Part shown: one piece after another, positions 39,765 to 53,264 of the stretch
Position numbering within the stretch: position 1 is the stretch's first letter
How the letters are laid out: each line of letters begins with the position of its first letter
Source of the DNA: Bigelowiella natans CCMP2755
Taxonomy: Eukaryota; Protista; Cercozoa
Assembly (NCBI GenBank): GCA_000320545.1
Contig: ADNK01003173.1
Location: 1 to 64,000 of the forward strand
Length of the DNA stretch: 64,000 bases
Direction of reading: 5' to 3'
The notes under the pieces: model-generated
Told to the model about the DNA's origin: nothing
What the model saw: only the letters and a program-made list of their open reading frames with translations
The model's database searches: none
Translations under genes and position numbers: made by a program

Positions 39765-40341
39765 ATGCCAGCGGTCCATGAAACTACACGTTGGCACAAG
39801 AAAAGTGGTAATTTAACCGATACGCTCATAAAAGTGCAAGTAGAGGAGAAGAAGTATTTTTTGGCCAGACAATCGTAACTTGTCTGATATATCGTAAGAA
39901 AGTTTGGGGTCAATATATGTCCACAATTCACCCCACCGATCGACCCTGGAGTCACCAGGAGACGCCCATTCCATGCGGAGGTGTTGGTCCCTGTTTTTCG
40001 GTGCTATGAACCAGGCTGCGAAGACTCGAAGAAGTAGCTTTCGGTTTAAAAATTTCAAGGAAGCCCCTGATCTCCTTCGAATTCTGGTGGATGAAGGCTA
40101 CGTCCAATTCTACCAGAAAAAGGGGCCGTACGTTGAGGTACGCTTACGCAAGGATCGCGATGGGGTTCTCGTGAGAGAAGTCCAGCAGGTTTCTAAGTCA
40201 AGTATGCCCAAATATATTAAAGCTAAGGATGTTAAGTGGGACACCCGTCTTAACATAATTGCGGCAGACGGTAAGATGGCAACATCCTCAGAGTGCAAGA
40301 TGAACAACATTGGGGGTGAGCATCTAGCAATTATTCGGTAA
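39765..40341 (+). CDS. rps8: Organellar-type (probably mitochondrial) ribosomal protein uS8, nucleus-encoded; probable intron 39808-39898
   Basis: LLRILVDEGYVQ, QQVSKSSMPKYI, GKMATSSECKMNNIGGEHLAII; the 5' exon is inferred. Confidence 0.75.
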
Positions 40342-40658
40342 AATAAGCCTCGGGGAAAGATTACTGATTGCAGCAACTTACTGATGATAATGGGCCTTTG
40401 GTATACTGTCGAGAACTCTACATATGACTGGATGATTGAATTTACAATTAAGTTTTAGAGTCAAATGCGTGCATTACAGTACCAGGTTCAGCATCGATAG
40501 TGCCGAATTTACCGAGAAAATGTCAACTGGTCATATGTCTTAGGAATAACAGTTGTGCCACAGCAAAAATGGAGAAGTTTATTTGATATATTGCTTCACA
40601 TAAGAACATGTATCAACAAGTACACATGCACAGATGTCCATCAAGTATGCATTTATTC

Positions 40659-40698
<40 letters not shown>

Positions 40699-40730
40699 CA
40701 CACACAAACTCACACATACAGAGAGAGGGA

Positions 40731-40785
<55 letters not shown>

Positions 40786-40787
<2 letters not shown>

Positions 40788-41130
40788 CAGCAGCACGTCC
40801 ATGTCGTGCTAGCGTGCATGCTTCACTAGATCTAGAGACCAGCAGGCAGGCTAGCAGGTCCGCGCTAGCTAGCTAGCCCGTAGCATGTGTCGCACCTGAT
40901 GCACAAGCACACGCTCATTGCCAACACTGGAACAAGGCTCTAAGGCATAACACGCCTAGACGCGCCAGACATCATCACATCGTCTAGATCGTGTGATTAA
41001 CATCTAGAACATGTGCATGTCTAGATCTAGAGATGTCATTGTTGCATGGCAACCTGCTAGCAACGCACATGCACGCATGCAGTTAGCTGAAGCCCATCAT
41101 GATCACCCACGATGCGCATCCACAGGACAG
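40786..41130. other. Partially TpA-eroded, CTAG-dense convergent spacer
   Basis: About 13 CTAG versus about 5 other TA in ~340 bp. Confidence 0.7.
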
Positions 41131-41628
41131 CTAACATAAACTCAACACTCAAAGAATTCGCATGCGACGGCATTGTAACAACAGCCAATGCAATGTTGAG
41201 CCATGCTCTTAGCTTAGAAAACTGTCATTGCATGGCGACTACGATACGAGCATTCTAATCATCCGCGTTCAATAAGCGTTGCTAGATTGGCACAAAATTC
41301 ATTCAAACTTGAAAAACAAAAACAGTGACAATGTCAGAAATGCATTTGATTTCAAATGATTTGTTCAGCCGGATTAAATTCATTAGTGAATTTACTCATA
41401 ATTGTCTTATTTTTTCGAATTACCATCATCGCGTTTCATAATTTCTACGATACAGAATATTCACAATGTTGTTGTATTTCCCCCCTTTCATTGGCTTGTA
41501 CTGTTGTCCACAGTACTTGCGGAAGGGACTGAAAAATAACGCCAATGAGCTCAAGTCAAATACAATGTGAATGCAATGCATACCTTTAGAGGTGGATAAG
41601 CTTGCACTGTTTAAAGTTCCTAAACTAC

Positions 41629-43506
41629 TTAAGCTGGACATTCGTTCGAGGGAAACCTGGACCAGGAAAGAGGAGGTTGTTGAGCCTGACAAATAATCTT
41701 ACGAATTTGAAATACGAGCAAGTTTCGTGTCATCAAACCTGATCAGGGGCGGAGGCTGTATTAAGGAGATGATGAGGTGGCTGCGTGTCAGCAGAGGGAG
41801 ACTTGGTGTCCCATAATTCACTTTTAATCCATGGACTCGGGATTCCTTCAGGGGAAGTTAGTAGTTGTAGGGGTGTTGGAATGGGTGATAGCTTTTCACC
41901 ATTTGGGATTGCGCAGCTTCTAATGCTTCGAGGACATCTTTCTTCCGAAGTATTTGATTTAAATTTCAAATATTTCAATAAATTCATTTCAGATTTGACG
42001 ATCTGGACAGTTGGTGATGAATTAGAATCTTGTTGTCCAATCTGACTTCGTTTTCTATCCACGATTTCCAATGCTATGATTATAGATGATATGATATGTT
42101 AACAAGATGAACTAACGTAAAGATATTATTTACTCACAATGAGAACGGTCTTGGGGAGAAGACGTTATTTTACGTTTTATGTGTCGTGTAAATTGTCGCC
42201 CGAGGCTTTCAAATGGGAATTCTTTAGACCGTTCTTCATCTATGCTCAGTGTGGGAGTATCCAATCCTTTAGGGCCGTTGCTTAGTGATACAGCAGAAAT
42301 TGAGCAGGATTTCCTGTTTCTTGTCCCGTTTCCTCCTTCTCTTCTTGTATGACCAGAATTGACATGATTGATATCCTCCCCGTTACCATCTTTAGGAACA
42401 TGTTGGCTCGAAGATTTTAACTTTAATGCACACATGTCCATTGCGATTTCACTTCGCTTTTGTTGTGCTTTTAAAATGCATGTGATAGCCTGAAAGGCAC
42501 ATAATCGATGTGCGTTGCAACATTGATTTAAACAATGAGATTAAGAATAACTCTTAGACCTGGCGAAGTTGATCAGGTTTCATTCTTTCAATCGGACGCC
42601 AGAGTTCAGGTTTAACACACTTTGGTCGCTAAATGCATTTAACATGGAATCAAAAATAAGAAATGCTATAGTAGCTGCTAATCACCTCGTTAGGATCCTT
42701 GCAATTTGGAATATTTCCATTATGCATCGACTATTTTAAAATATAAGAGTTTGATGCCATTCAGTGCAGAATCTTTGGCCTTGTACAAGTTCGAATCTTC
42801 CCATACCGAGCTGAAAATTACCTGAATCAAAGATCTATAGATCGACCGAAGTTCGTCTTTTGAACATTTACACAAGCTTCCTTCATTCATCTTGCCAGGA
42901 TCGGCGAATATCTAAATAATTTGTTAAATCCATAGTGTAGACAGCCACGATATTTTTCAACTTTCGAATTTACAAATGTCGATTCTTTCTTGCACAGGAG
43001 GGAATGTATACCTGATAGCAGACTTCATCGAAAGTGGACTTCTTTATTGCAAAATTATAAATTGTGCTCGGTCCATATGCGAAGCTTTTTAATCGACGAC
43101 TTGGACTAAAAAAGGCCGCCTTTGCATTCGAAATGTCACAGAATGATCACAGGAAATTAAACAGTAGAGTTTCTGCAAATATGATCACCAGTATCTGAGT
43201 TCCACACTTGATTTCCAACTCTTCCATTTTTTTCATGATGGTTTTCTTCAGAGTCGTAGCAGCAGACTTTCTCCGTTGGGGATCTTTGATGTATTCTACT
43301 GTACGTTTTCCTGAAGATGCTGAAATTGTATTGTGTTCACTTAAAACCGATCCCCGTAACATCATGGATAGATTGAAGCTCATCGGGCTTTGCTTTGATG
43401 AATTGATGATTGCTCTTTCTTGCAATGTCACATCATAGGAGTAGAATTCAATTCGCAAACCTCTGTGGTCGCCCAGACGTCTCTTCTTCGTAGACGACGG
43501 CACCAT
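41629..43506 (-). CDS. Divergent MADS-box (SRF-like) transcription factor, multi-exon
   Basis: GKRTVEYIKDPQRRKSAATTLKKTIMKKMEELEIKCGTQILVIIFAE resembles the SRF MADS core; 3' end approximate. Confidence 0.7.
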
Positions 43507-43832
43507 CAGGGAAATGGTAACGGACCTATGAAGAAAGAATGCAGGGGATAGGGGGGGGGTTGAAGACTTCCTTTTTCCTAGCACCGGACAATCCAAGTCG
43601 CACACAAAAAACTGCAATCGATTTTTCGTGTCGCGAACTAAAAACTACAATCAATTCGCTTGGAACGACTAGCTCCTCCCGCTCCCGAGCTGTTTTTTTT
43701 CTGCTTTTCGTGGGTTCGGATATAAGGGAGACTGGAACCTCTGCGACAAGGATTCAGACATTGTCGTTGGCCGGATTGCGAGTCATTTTCCGCGTTCCCG
43801 AATGCGCGCGACCCTTGCTGCCTGCAGGACAA

Positions 43833-44435
43833 ATGAAGCTCATCCCCCGACTAACCACGTTGGTTGTTTTCGCGGCTGCGGCTTTCTCGCCGTGCAATCA
43901 CACCCACAGTGGCGGTCAACGGGTACTCACTCATGGAATATCTGATACAGAACTGCGTCGAAGGTTTCATGACCTAGTGGCCACAATGAATCGAACGTTG
44001 AATCCAGAACCGTCGACTCGTCTCGGTGCTTTTGCGGCCAACATTCAATTTGAACCTGGAACTGTTGGCTATTCAATTAACAATGCCATTGCTACTATTT
44101 ACATGCAGCTCGGAAGCTATGGCCAAGCAAATATAGGCGATGTCTTTAATGGGGCAACAGCAAACAGTCTCTATGAGTTTCCAGTTCAATCAAATGCAAA
44201 TCTTCAGATTGCTGAGCTAGAATACAATTATTGGTTAAACAACGTTTCTTTGAAAAATATTTTCACAGCTCCTGCAACTCTATGCGCTCGATCAGCCTTG
44301 CCTTCTTTTAGAGCGGCTGTCCAGAGAAATTATTTTAGCAAAACTTCCATTAGCTGTTCGATACTGTATTGCAACGTGCATTTTGGTCACACAATGGACA
44401 ATGTCAACAATTTGCTAAACACTACGGTATGCTAA
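43833..44435 (+). CDS. Hypothetical secreted protein (200 aa, intronless)
   Basis: Signal-peptide-like MKLIPRLTTLVVFAAAAFS; uninterrupted ORF; no family recognised. Confidence 0.6.
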   Translation: MKLIPRLTTLVVFAAAAFSPCNHTHSGGQRVLTHGISDTELRRRFHDLVATMNRTLNPEPSTRLGAFAANIQFEPGTVGYSINNAIATIYMQLGSYGQANIGDVFNGATANSLYEFPVQSNANLQIAELEYNYWLNNVSLKNIFTAPATLCARSALPSFRAAVQRNYFSKTSISCSILYCNVHFGHTMDNVNNLLNTTVC

Positions 44436-45215
44436 TTGAGTACAACCGAATTTGTGCACACAGTGTCTGCCTGTTTGACTCCCACAGCTGTTGAAGTTTT
44501 CGCGTCGTCACATTTTGTTCTTACTACTGTCATTCTACAAAATTAGCTCAGATTTTTGGTTTGGATTTTGAGTTGAAACAAATCATTTGTTACAAGTGAG
44601 AACATTGACGCTTTGCACATCTGCATCATTGCATCTTCTTTCATGGGATGAACATTCTAAATGATGACATTTGCTCACCTAGCTTTCCTTGCCAACTAGC
44701 TAAGCTACCGAAGGTTGGTGAATCGCTTTGCCCATCATTTCAATGTGCGATGCATGCCAAATTTACACAGTTACACATGGCTGTGCATCACATTGTCCCC
44801 AATGAACATTTGCATGGCACATTGTCTATGTTGCGCATCAAGCCCTAGACTAGTAGGGCCGATTAAATCACGTGCAATTTATGGCTGGCTCATTGCATCG
44901 TTCCAGGCATTGCAACAATCTAGCCATCTATGAATCTCTGTGATCACTGAATGACAATTAATCTAGTAATGGCCAGCTCACTTTCGAGCAGCCTGCACTG
45001 CACGCTTGTCCACAAGCACGTACGTACCGTGCACATCTTGCAATGCCTCAATGCGTGATGCAACCAGCACAGTTCTTTCCACATACACCCGCATGATGTC
45101 ACACTGTTCACACATCTCTCTCTCTCTCTCACAACAACAACGCTTTGTCCGAATCCCCACGACGGATGTGAACCTGCTATGAATGACATCACATTTTTAA
45201 CTACGCCATTACGCA

Positions 45216-46493
45216 CTAGCTGATCCAAGTCAAAGCGTCATCCCGGCGACGAACTTCGGTAGAGCGTTCCAGAGTTGATAAGAAACCCTTCTCTCGCATC
45301 CACTGTTCATTGAACAATTTGCTCTACAACAACATATGTGCGAGAAATGAAACATTAGATTCATCCAACAAAAATATGTAAATACTTCCGCTGCGAGGAA
45401 TCCACAGTGTGATTCACCTCGCTTTTATTTTAGTGCCTTGAGAATATAACATATTTTATTTTCTCTTTCCATCCCTCCCTTCCGTCTCTCAAAGCTTACG
45501 ACAAGTACTGGGACCTTGTATCGATCTCCAGAATCACACAGCACGGTGACAACGGTCTTTCCTGGTCCGAGCTTGCGAGCAAGCTTCACAGCTCCAACAA
45601 CGTTTAATGCCGCGGAGGGGCCAACCAGAACCCCGTCAACTTCCTATCAGAGCAGAAAGAGCGCCATTGATGAGTCTCACCCGCAATTTCAAAGAACTAG
45701 CAAGCCCATACTTTGAGATGATACGCCATTTCAATAGCCTCTTCGTCGCTGCCCGTGAAAGCCCCGTCGATCTTCGCCTAGTTTCGTAGGTGCCGTGCAC
45801 GTGTGTTTGCTTGTGCATAAATGTGTACGTGCATGTGCGCATGTGTGTGTGTGTGTGTTCATATATGTGCAGCAGGAGCACCCATCGGTGCACTAAGAAA
45901 TTAATCGATGAGTGTATCCTTGCGACATGTCGCTTTGCCATGCCGCGCGACAAGCCTATCGTGTGTTTTCAGAACCGCGAGAATTTCTTGGAATGTCGCT
46001 TCTAGCTGTTTCACATTTTACTTTGGCAAAGTTTGCAGTGAGACGACCGATCCCAATGCCTTCTGTGACCGAGCTTCCCTGAGCAATCGGTACTCATCGT
46101 TGGGTGAAAATGAAGGCAGACGCAGTGCAGTAGCGCGTTCTCATTTGATTGAGACCGAAAAACGTCCCCACCTTCGATCTTGGGAAGAAACGCACGGACT
46201 CGCCCTCCACAGACTGGAGTGGCAAAAGATGAAGAAGAGGAACGGGGTGGGGGGGGGGGGGGGGTAGTAAGAACGAGAAATAATTTTATGTTGCAAAGAC
46301 TTGACCTGATCGGCGAATGGCCCGCCCAGAACGTAGCCGCGATACCCAGAACTTACAAGGACAACAACAACCACGATTGGTAACCAGCAATATTGAGAGC
46401 AAGCACAGCCTTGCATCATCATCGAACGGCAATGGACATTACTTCGTACTCTCTTCACAAGTACAGATTTACGTGAAAAACGAACTAACGCAC

Positions 46494-46533
<40 letters not shown>

Positions 46534-47409
46534 GAAGATTTTTTTATAAATATATATGCATATATATACATTCACATACATACATTTGTAATAATATATG
46601 TGTGTGTGTGTAGAAGAGAGCGATGATAGGCTTCCATAGCTGACGCAGCTATCTATACCCCGGTGGATCAATGAGGTAGACTTGGCATTCGGGATGCACC
46701 TAAAAATCAAAATTCGATGATTATAATAGCAATTTGGCGGCTGCAGCTCTCATGGGGCGCTGATGGTGAATTCTCGTCCCCTCTTGAAGGATTTGCTGTG
46801 TGAAGAAAATCGCCCGCTAGCCAGCTTTCGTTGTTGGCCAACAGACATTCTCTCCAAAAGATTTCGTCGATGCGAATTTTGCTGTGGCCGCGTTCTCCAT
46901 TGGGCTCGGCGGCACGGGTTGTTCGATGAAAGTCGTGCATGATGAAAAGCATTTGGTTACGGACCGCTTTGAAGAACTGCGAGCATCCTGATATAGTCCC
47001 CCCGGTGCCTTGTCGATACAAGCAACGATGGTTATCATCATCTTCATCATCATCATCACCATCACCATCACCATCACCACCACCACTATGATCATCATCA
47101 TTATCATATGTCATCCAACACCGCTGCCGTCTCACCACAGGACCCCCCTGCTGCTACCACCCTCCCCATGATCAAGTAGCTCCATCTTACTTCCAAACAC
47201 CATCACCCATCATCGATTAACGCACTCTTCGTAATGATCTCGCGCGCAAGCTCACGACAAGCTATATCAACAACATACCGGCGCTCGCGACGAAGCCATC
47301 TACGCTTCCTATGTGGGGATGACATTAACCCTTAGTTTTCATTCGATGTGATTTGTGCGTGCCTGTAGGCATGCATGATGTTCTGGTAGGGTGCGATAAA
47401 AAGGATAGT

Positions 47410-47454
<45 letters not shown>

Positions 47455-47613
47455 TTTCCGCTTTTGCCTTGCGTCTGAGCCCAGATTTCAGGTGCCGTTC
47501 CTTCGAGATGCGCTTGGTAATTGGCCTATGTTAAGTGAGATTCGATGTCTCCTTTAGCCTTCTTGGAGCCAGGAGTGTGTCATTTTGTAGGCGGATAAGA
47601 GAGAGAGAGAGAG

Positions 47614-47654
<41 letters not shown>

Positions 47655-49154
47655 AAGAGAGCGCGCGCGCGTGTGTGTTTATCGCGGTTGTGGATGCTCA
47701 GCGGCAAAAGTAACGAGGGCGCGATCTCCATGCGGACTGACGATTTCAAACGCCCACGTTGCAAAGAATCGCACTGACTCCTTCCCTTGCTCCCAACGAC
47801 AGCGAGATCGTGTTAAGCGTCACTGTACATTGCCCTTGCCACTACCTCATTATCGAATTGGTTTGGGAAGAAACCGTTCTTCCTCTCTGCCGCCGCGCGC
47901 TTTGCTGTGTGAAAGTAGTGGCTACAGTATGGGAAGACAACGAAGAAAAGGGCACGAGGACCATTCTCAGCTAAAATCACATCACATCACATCACACGGT
48001 GGCGCAGTAAACACCAAACGCCAGGGACACGAAATGCGCGGCGCAAACGCGGAGAAGCCAGGTCTTAAAAGCGGGATTGATGGAATGCATGCACGTGTTC
48101 GTCTGTCGTTTGCATCTGAATTGTGTTTCCTTGATATCCAAATCATTAGAGCGATATTTTCTTCTATGTGCATCAACAACCGTTTGTCCGTGAAGGGCAC
48201 TGATGGTGTTAGGATAACAGATGCTCCGAAGATCTGATCGAAGATTGCAGCACCGACATTACAATCAACATCCACGCATGAGCACACACACTCACACACA
48301 CACACACATACACGCTCGGTCGCACAATAGTCACGCAATGCGTACTCAATGTGAGTGCATTTGTCATTGTACAAGTCGGTGCGTGTGCATGTGCCTGGGT
48401 TCTGCGAGCAATGGTTTCACCTTCATCGCATCTATCTTTTCCTGAGCGATGGACGCCGGCATCGCCATGATCTGACGGTGCAAAATCACGTCCCCAATCA
48501 ACATTGTTTGCCTAGACATGAGCAGAAGAATCTTTGAAATTGATAAAAGAACCACCGATTGATATCCCTTGGCAGCGGCTACGAGCGCGAGCCCTACTCC
48601 GGTATTCCCGCCCGTCCCCTCGCAGATGACTCCCTGTGTCAGATTATGCACACTTACTTAGCAGCAGAAAGAACCATAGTACAGGGCTTATGCGACGTTT
48701 TAATTACCCCGGGAGACAAACGGCCATCCTTCTCTGCCTTCTCGACCATCCACAGGGCGGCGCGGTCCTTCACACTGGCAAGCAATGAAATCGATCATTT
48801 TGAGCACGTGGATCGGAAATCCGGTCATCTACGTTTCAGAGGTGGCATTTCCCCTACCTCCCTCCCGGGTTGAGATGTTCGCATTTCGCTAAAATCGTGC
48901 ATCCGGTGGCCTTGGAAAGGCTTTTCAGCTCGATGAGAGGCGTGTTGCCGATTGCCTTGAGTACACCCGGCCTCTCGTTCTTGACGCCTGCTTTCTGAGC
49001 TTTCGCCTCCGCTGGCACAACAAGCACAAACGTGAGTGACCCAGTCCCCACCCCTCCCTCTCTCCGGAGTCTACGCACCTTCGCAGGGAAACACAACGCG
49101 GTACACCGACACGGCAGCGGCGATGGAGAAGCCCGCACGGCGGATCGCGATCAT
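45216..49154 (-). CDS. Cysteine synthase-like PLP enzyme (OAS-TL / CysK family), multi-exon
   Basis: IGNTPLIEL, AKCEHLNPGG|SVKDRAA, EGTGGNTG, FADQ, GTGGTI, GPSAALNVVGA, VTVLCDSGDRY. Confidence 0.92.
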
Positions 49155-49339
49155 CCGTGGATTGTGCCTGGAACTCAAAAAATGTTGTTGCGGTTGTTGC
49201 AAGAGGACAGGAGGCGCGATTTTTATCTGAAAAAGGAAATTTTCACATGTCGCAGCTTGTCATTCACATCCGTCACAAGGGAAAGCCAGAGCTGGTCGGG
49301 GCAGTTTTTGGTGCTGAAAACATCTGTCAGTAGTCTTTA

Positions 49340-49625
49340 TCTTCATTCATGTGAGCCGAAGCTTTCATTGCTGCTTTTTTGAATCGTTCACCCAGAGCTG
49401 CTGGTCAGCTGCATTTGCGTTTGCAAACTCCTGAATTTGCTGTGCATCGTCGCGCTCAGCGCGCGCACATGCGTGTGATTGACATCGCAACATCATGGCA
49501 TTGCATGTGCAGGGTGGCTCAACGCTAGAACGTGCATGACAACGTGACGCATGCGACACATCATCAGATCATCGTTGCGCATTGCAGAACATGCTTTTTG
49601 CAGAGCCACACCATCATCTAGTCAT
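49340..49625. other. TpA-erased intergenic island
   Basis: The only TA are two CTAG; lies between the PARG 3' end and the cysteine synthase start. Confidence 0.8.
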
Positions 49626-49741
49626 CACTAATCATGATGAGTTGCAGTGACGAATCCCGGTCGCTAGCAAAGATTACCACCCATGCCAATCACACGGACG
49701 TGGAGCACAATCATAGTGCTATTTCCCCCTACCATCGATCA

Positions 49742-52022
49742 CTACATTCTATGTGAGAACTTCTGTTTGAGCATTCCGAGAAGACCTTCCTTCGTCTCAT
49801 CAGCTTCCTCAGAATAGTTGGAGATGACATCCATCACATCCTTGATGTTTACCTGGATGTGCTGAGCCAAGTCCTCGATGGCAGCAAACTTCTTCCTTTC
49901 CTCCTCATCCGAGTCCGGCCACAAGTGATAGCGGATGGGGCGACCAGCGAAGGTCGCAGCGATCCATTGAACCAGTAACCTTAGGTGAGGGTCCCCCCCC
50001 GCCCCTCCACCGCCCCAATTTCCCGTGGCAATCGAGCCATAATTCTCTCCAAGAGTGACCGGGTTGAGGGAAAAGGCTGTATATGCCTTGAAGACCTCCC
50101 GCGACACCGTTTCCATGCCAAATTCCGCAATATCCGCAGCCTCTAACGGGTCGATCAGCATGAGCGCGTTGCACTTCCTCCCGTAGATGTCATAGGGGGT
50201 GGGGTCCTTCCCAAGATCGCGCGCGCCCTCGAACGTGATGCCGCTCCCATGGCCCGAGACTTCGTTGAAGTGGTGGGCGCCGATGACGACGCCGCACTCG
50301 TTGTCCGCGAGGGGCTCGAGGAGATAGTGCATCAGGAGCACCTCAGGGTACATGCACATCATCATCTCTTCCTGGCCGCATCCACTCCCAAAGAACCCGC
50401 TTCCCGCGATATTCGAGCTAAACACCGTCTGGAGGGACAGCTCTCCCTCCGCCGCCTCCTCCTCCTCTTTGTCTCTCCCTTTGCCATTGGCCTCGGAGAA
50501 AGCGGGGGGGGAGGTGGAGGTAGAGGAGGACGAAGAAAAGGAGTTGCTGGGGGGGGAGGGGGAGGAGTAGCCTTTGATGGGCCCGGAGGTGACTCGCAAA
50601 TCGTTGAGCACGGGAGAGTTCTTCGAGCTGGATAACATCTTGAACGACACCACGGGGGACCGGATGCCTCGCCGATGGTACGATATTCGGCTGAGCCCCT
50701 CCGTCTCTGGGTGGAACGGGTGGTGATGGCTAGAAAGCGGTGAGGATGATGATGATGGCGACGACGATGATGGTGATGATGATGATGGAGGAGGAGAGGC
50801 AGACGAAGAAGGCGTAGCTGCTGGCATTGTCATTCGGTTCGCCGCAAACGATGATTGGTCGAGAAGGTCATAGGTCGCCTCGAGGTACGAGGAGATGCAG
50901 CGGAACTTTTCGAATTGGTGCAAGGTGGGCTTCTGGCTGATGAAGATCGAGAGCATGGAATGATTCATCGAATCCTCCTCTTCGTGTTTCCTGTGTTTCC
51001 GCTTGCCAACAGATTGAGCATCCTGTTGTTTTCACCGAAGAAGAAGAAGAAGAAGAAGAAGCGGCGTAATAAGCGGGAAAAGACAATAAAACTCAGATGG
51101 CATTGAAACGGCTATCTATCATTGCAGTAGGCGGTTATGTTAGTGCTGGTGGTAGTAGTTATGCAGGGTGTGGTTGGCCTAAAAAACCTTCGCAAAATTT
51201 CCGAGAAAGTTGCTGGCGAGGATGAAAGCCACTTCCCTTTGTAAAAATGCATGTATTCACTACATGATTAGTTAGGTAGCATGGTTTTCTCTCCCCATTT
51301 TCATCATCGTAACCGTCATCATCATCATCATCATCATCATCATCTATCCCGCGCAACCACACCACCCACCACCATGACGCTCTCATCGACATTGGATCTC
51401 ACAATCCTTAACGCTATTGTCACAGCTGCCATGTATTGCAGCGCAACTGTGGGGGGGGGCGATGTGGTGAGACGGACTTTCGTGTAAAATCGATTGGGCC
51501 CTCAAAGAAGGGAGTCAAAGCGGGAGCGGTGATGGGCGCCTCCTTCTTGTTCATCGTGCTGAGAGCCAGTATCTAACAATCACAATGCAGTGTTTTTTTA
51601 TCTGAGGAGAGAAATTTCTGAGGTTTGGCCCGACCGTTCGACTACGATGCCGGGATGCAGCAATCCTCCCTTCCCACCAAAAAAAAAAGAAACCGCCCCA
51701 TCCCCCCGTCACCACCACCACCACCTTTGGCAGTGTTTCCTTGAAGAACTTCTCTCTCTCTGAGACGGTCTAACAATATAAACGACAAATCGTCAATGTT
51801 GTGTTGGTATTGACGAAGGAATGTAGGGTAAAGGGTAAAGGCATATTCTCGGCTTGCATTTCTCCCTAAAAGGGAGGAAGTTGTCGTTGCCTACTGCCGC
51901 ACCGCATTCCTACCATGTACTCTTTGATCAGAGCCACCAGTCCTGGAAAATTCTGTCAAGATTAGGGTAGGAAAATATGAACTTACTCTTACTTTCCCTC
52001 CCTCCCTCCCTCCCTCCCTCCT

Positions 52023-52068
<46 letters not shown>

Positions 52069-53207
52069 ACATATATTACATATTTTTGTTTGATATTTAC
52101 ATTTGTGGCGTCAGTATAATGTTAATGTGATATTACACTGAACACATACGTAACCAAATATATCTACCGAGGTGCGGCCAGTTTCCATCTTGTTGAGCCG
52201 TCCTGTCGGAAAGAACGATAAGTTTCCCACCATCTTCAAATTACAAGGAAGAATGCAGGCATACGACTATGTTAAGACCGACCCAAGAGCGCGCAGAATG
52301 ACACCAGCGTATGCTTATCAGCTTCCAGACTTCGAGACTATATCATAGATTCACAAATGTGAAGTGCAATCGAAATAAGTTATCAGTGCATGCTTTGGGG
52401 CACAGTTCCATAGAACGTTGGTTTGGTAATTCATATTTCGCTTGTAAAACTACAATGATTCTGCGAGCGCGGCGATCTGTCCCGAGCTGTCTCCATCGAT
52501 TCTGTGGATTGGGTAGGTACGGACAAGTGGGCTATCATATTTTGAGCGCATCTTCTTTTTTTTTAATGATTGCTCTTGCCTGTGTACCCCTCTCACCCGC
52601 TTGCTCTCGCTCCCACGAATAATATTCTCTCACTGATTCTATGTACCACGGGGCGCGACGGAATGGCACGTTCTTGCAACTCGTGAATCCACTCAATATT
52701 CTTGTGAACGCCTGAAAGGGTGAAGACGGCCATGAGAACGGCGACAGCAACCCAGCAGAACACGCACTTTCACCGGACATGTACGCCTGCACACCTTTCT
52801 CCCCGCACCCTCCCCTCTGAACCACTGTTCTCCTTTTTGGTTCTCAGTTGACACAACTGTCCCTACTACTACTACTACTACACACGCTCGAAGATCCTAC
52901 CGGAATGCCGGTGCGTGTCGGTCATTCGAGGGGCCGTTTTTGGCACGAGGGTCCGACGGATGCCTTGAAACCTGGCCATAAACTTTCTCCTGAACTTTTC
53001 TCTCCTCGTCATTTTCCGTTTAGCACTCTTGAGACCTGAAGAGAACAATCTCTCACCCCCTGCAAGGCAGTCGGAGAGGGCAGCCCTGCGGGGGCGAACA
53101 AGACGCAGCATCGGACGGAATCCCTTATTATTTTGTGTTACACCGGGGGATCTCGAGATCTCCTCAGAGCCTTTTCTTAATTCTTCCATCGTAATGCCGT
53201 GTCGCAT
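49742..53207 (-). CDS. Poly(ADP-ribose) glycohydrolase (PARG)-like, multi-exon; 5' end uncertain
   Basis: GSGCGQEEMMMCMYPE, EPLADNE, REVFKAYTAF, IATGNWGGG..GGDPHL, QWIAA. Confidence 0.85.
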
Positions 53208-53264
53208 AGTAAAAATGTCATGTGAATAATTGCAAAATGATCACATTTCCCCAAAATTTAATTA

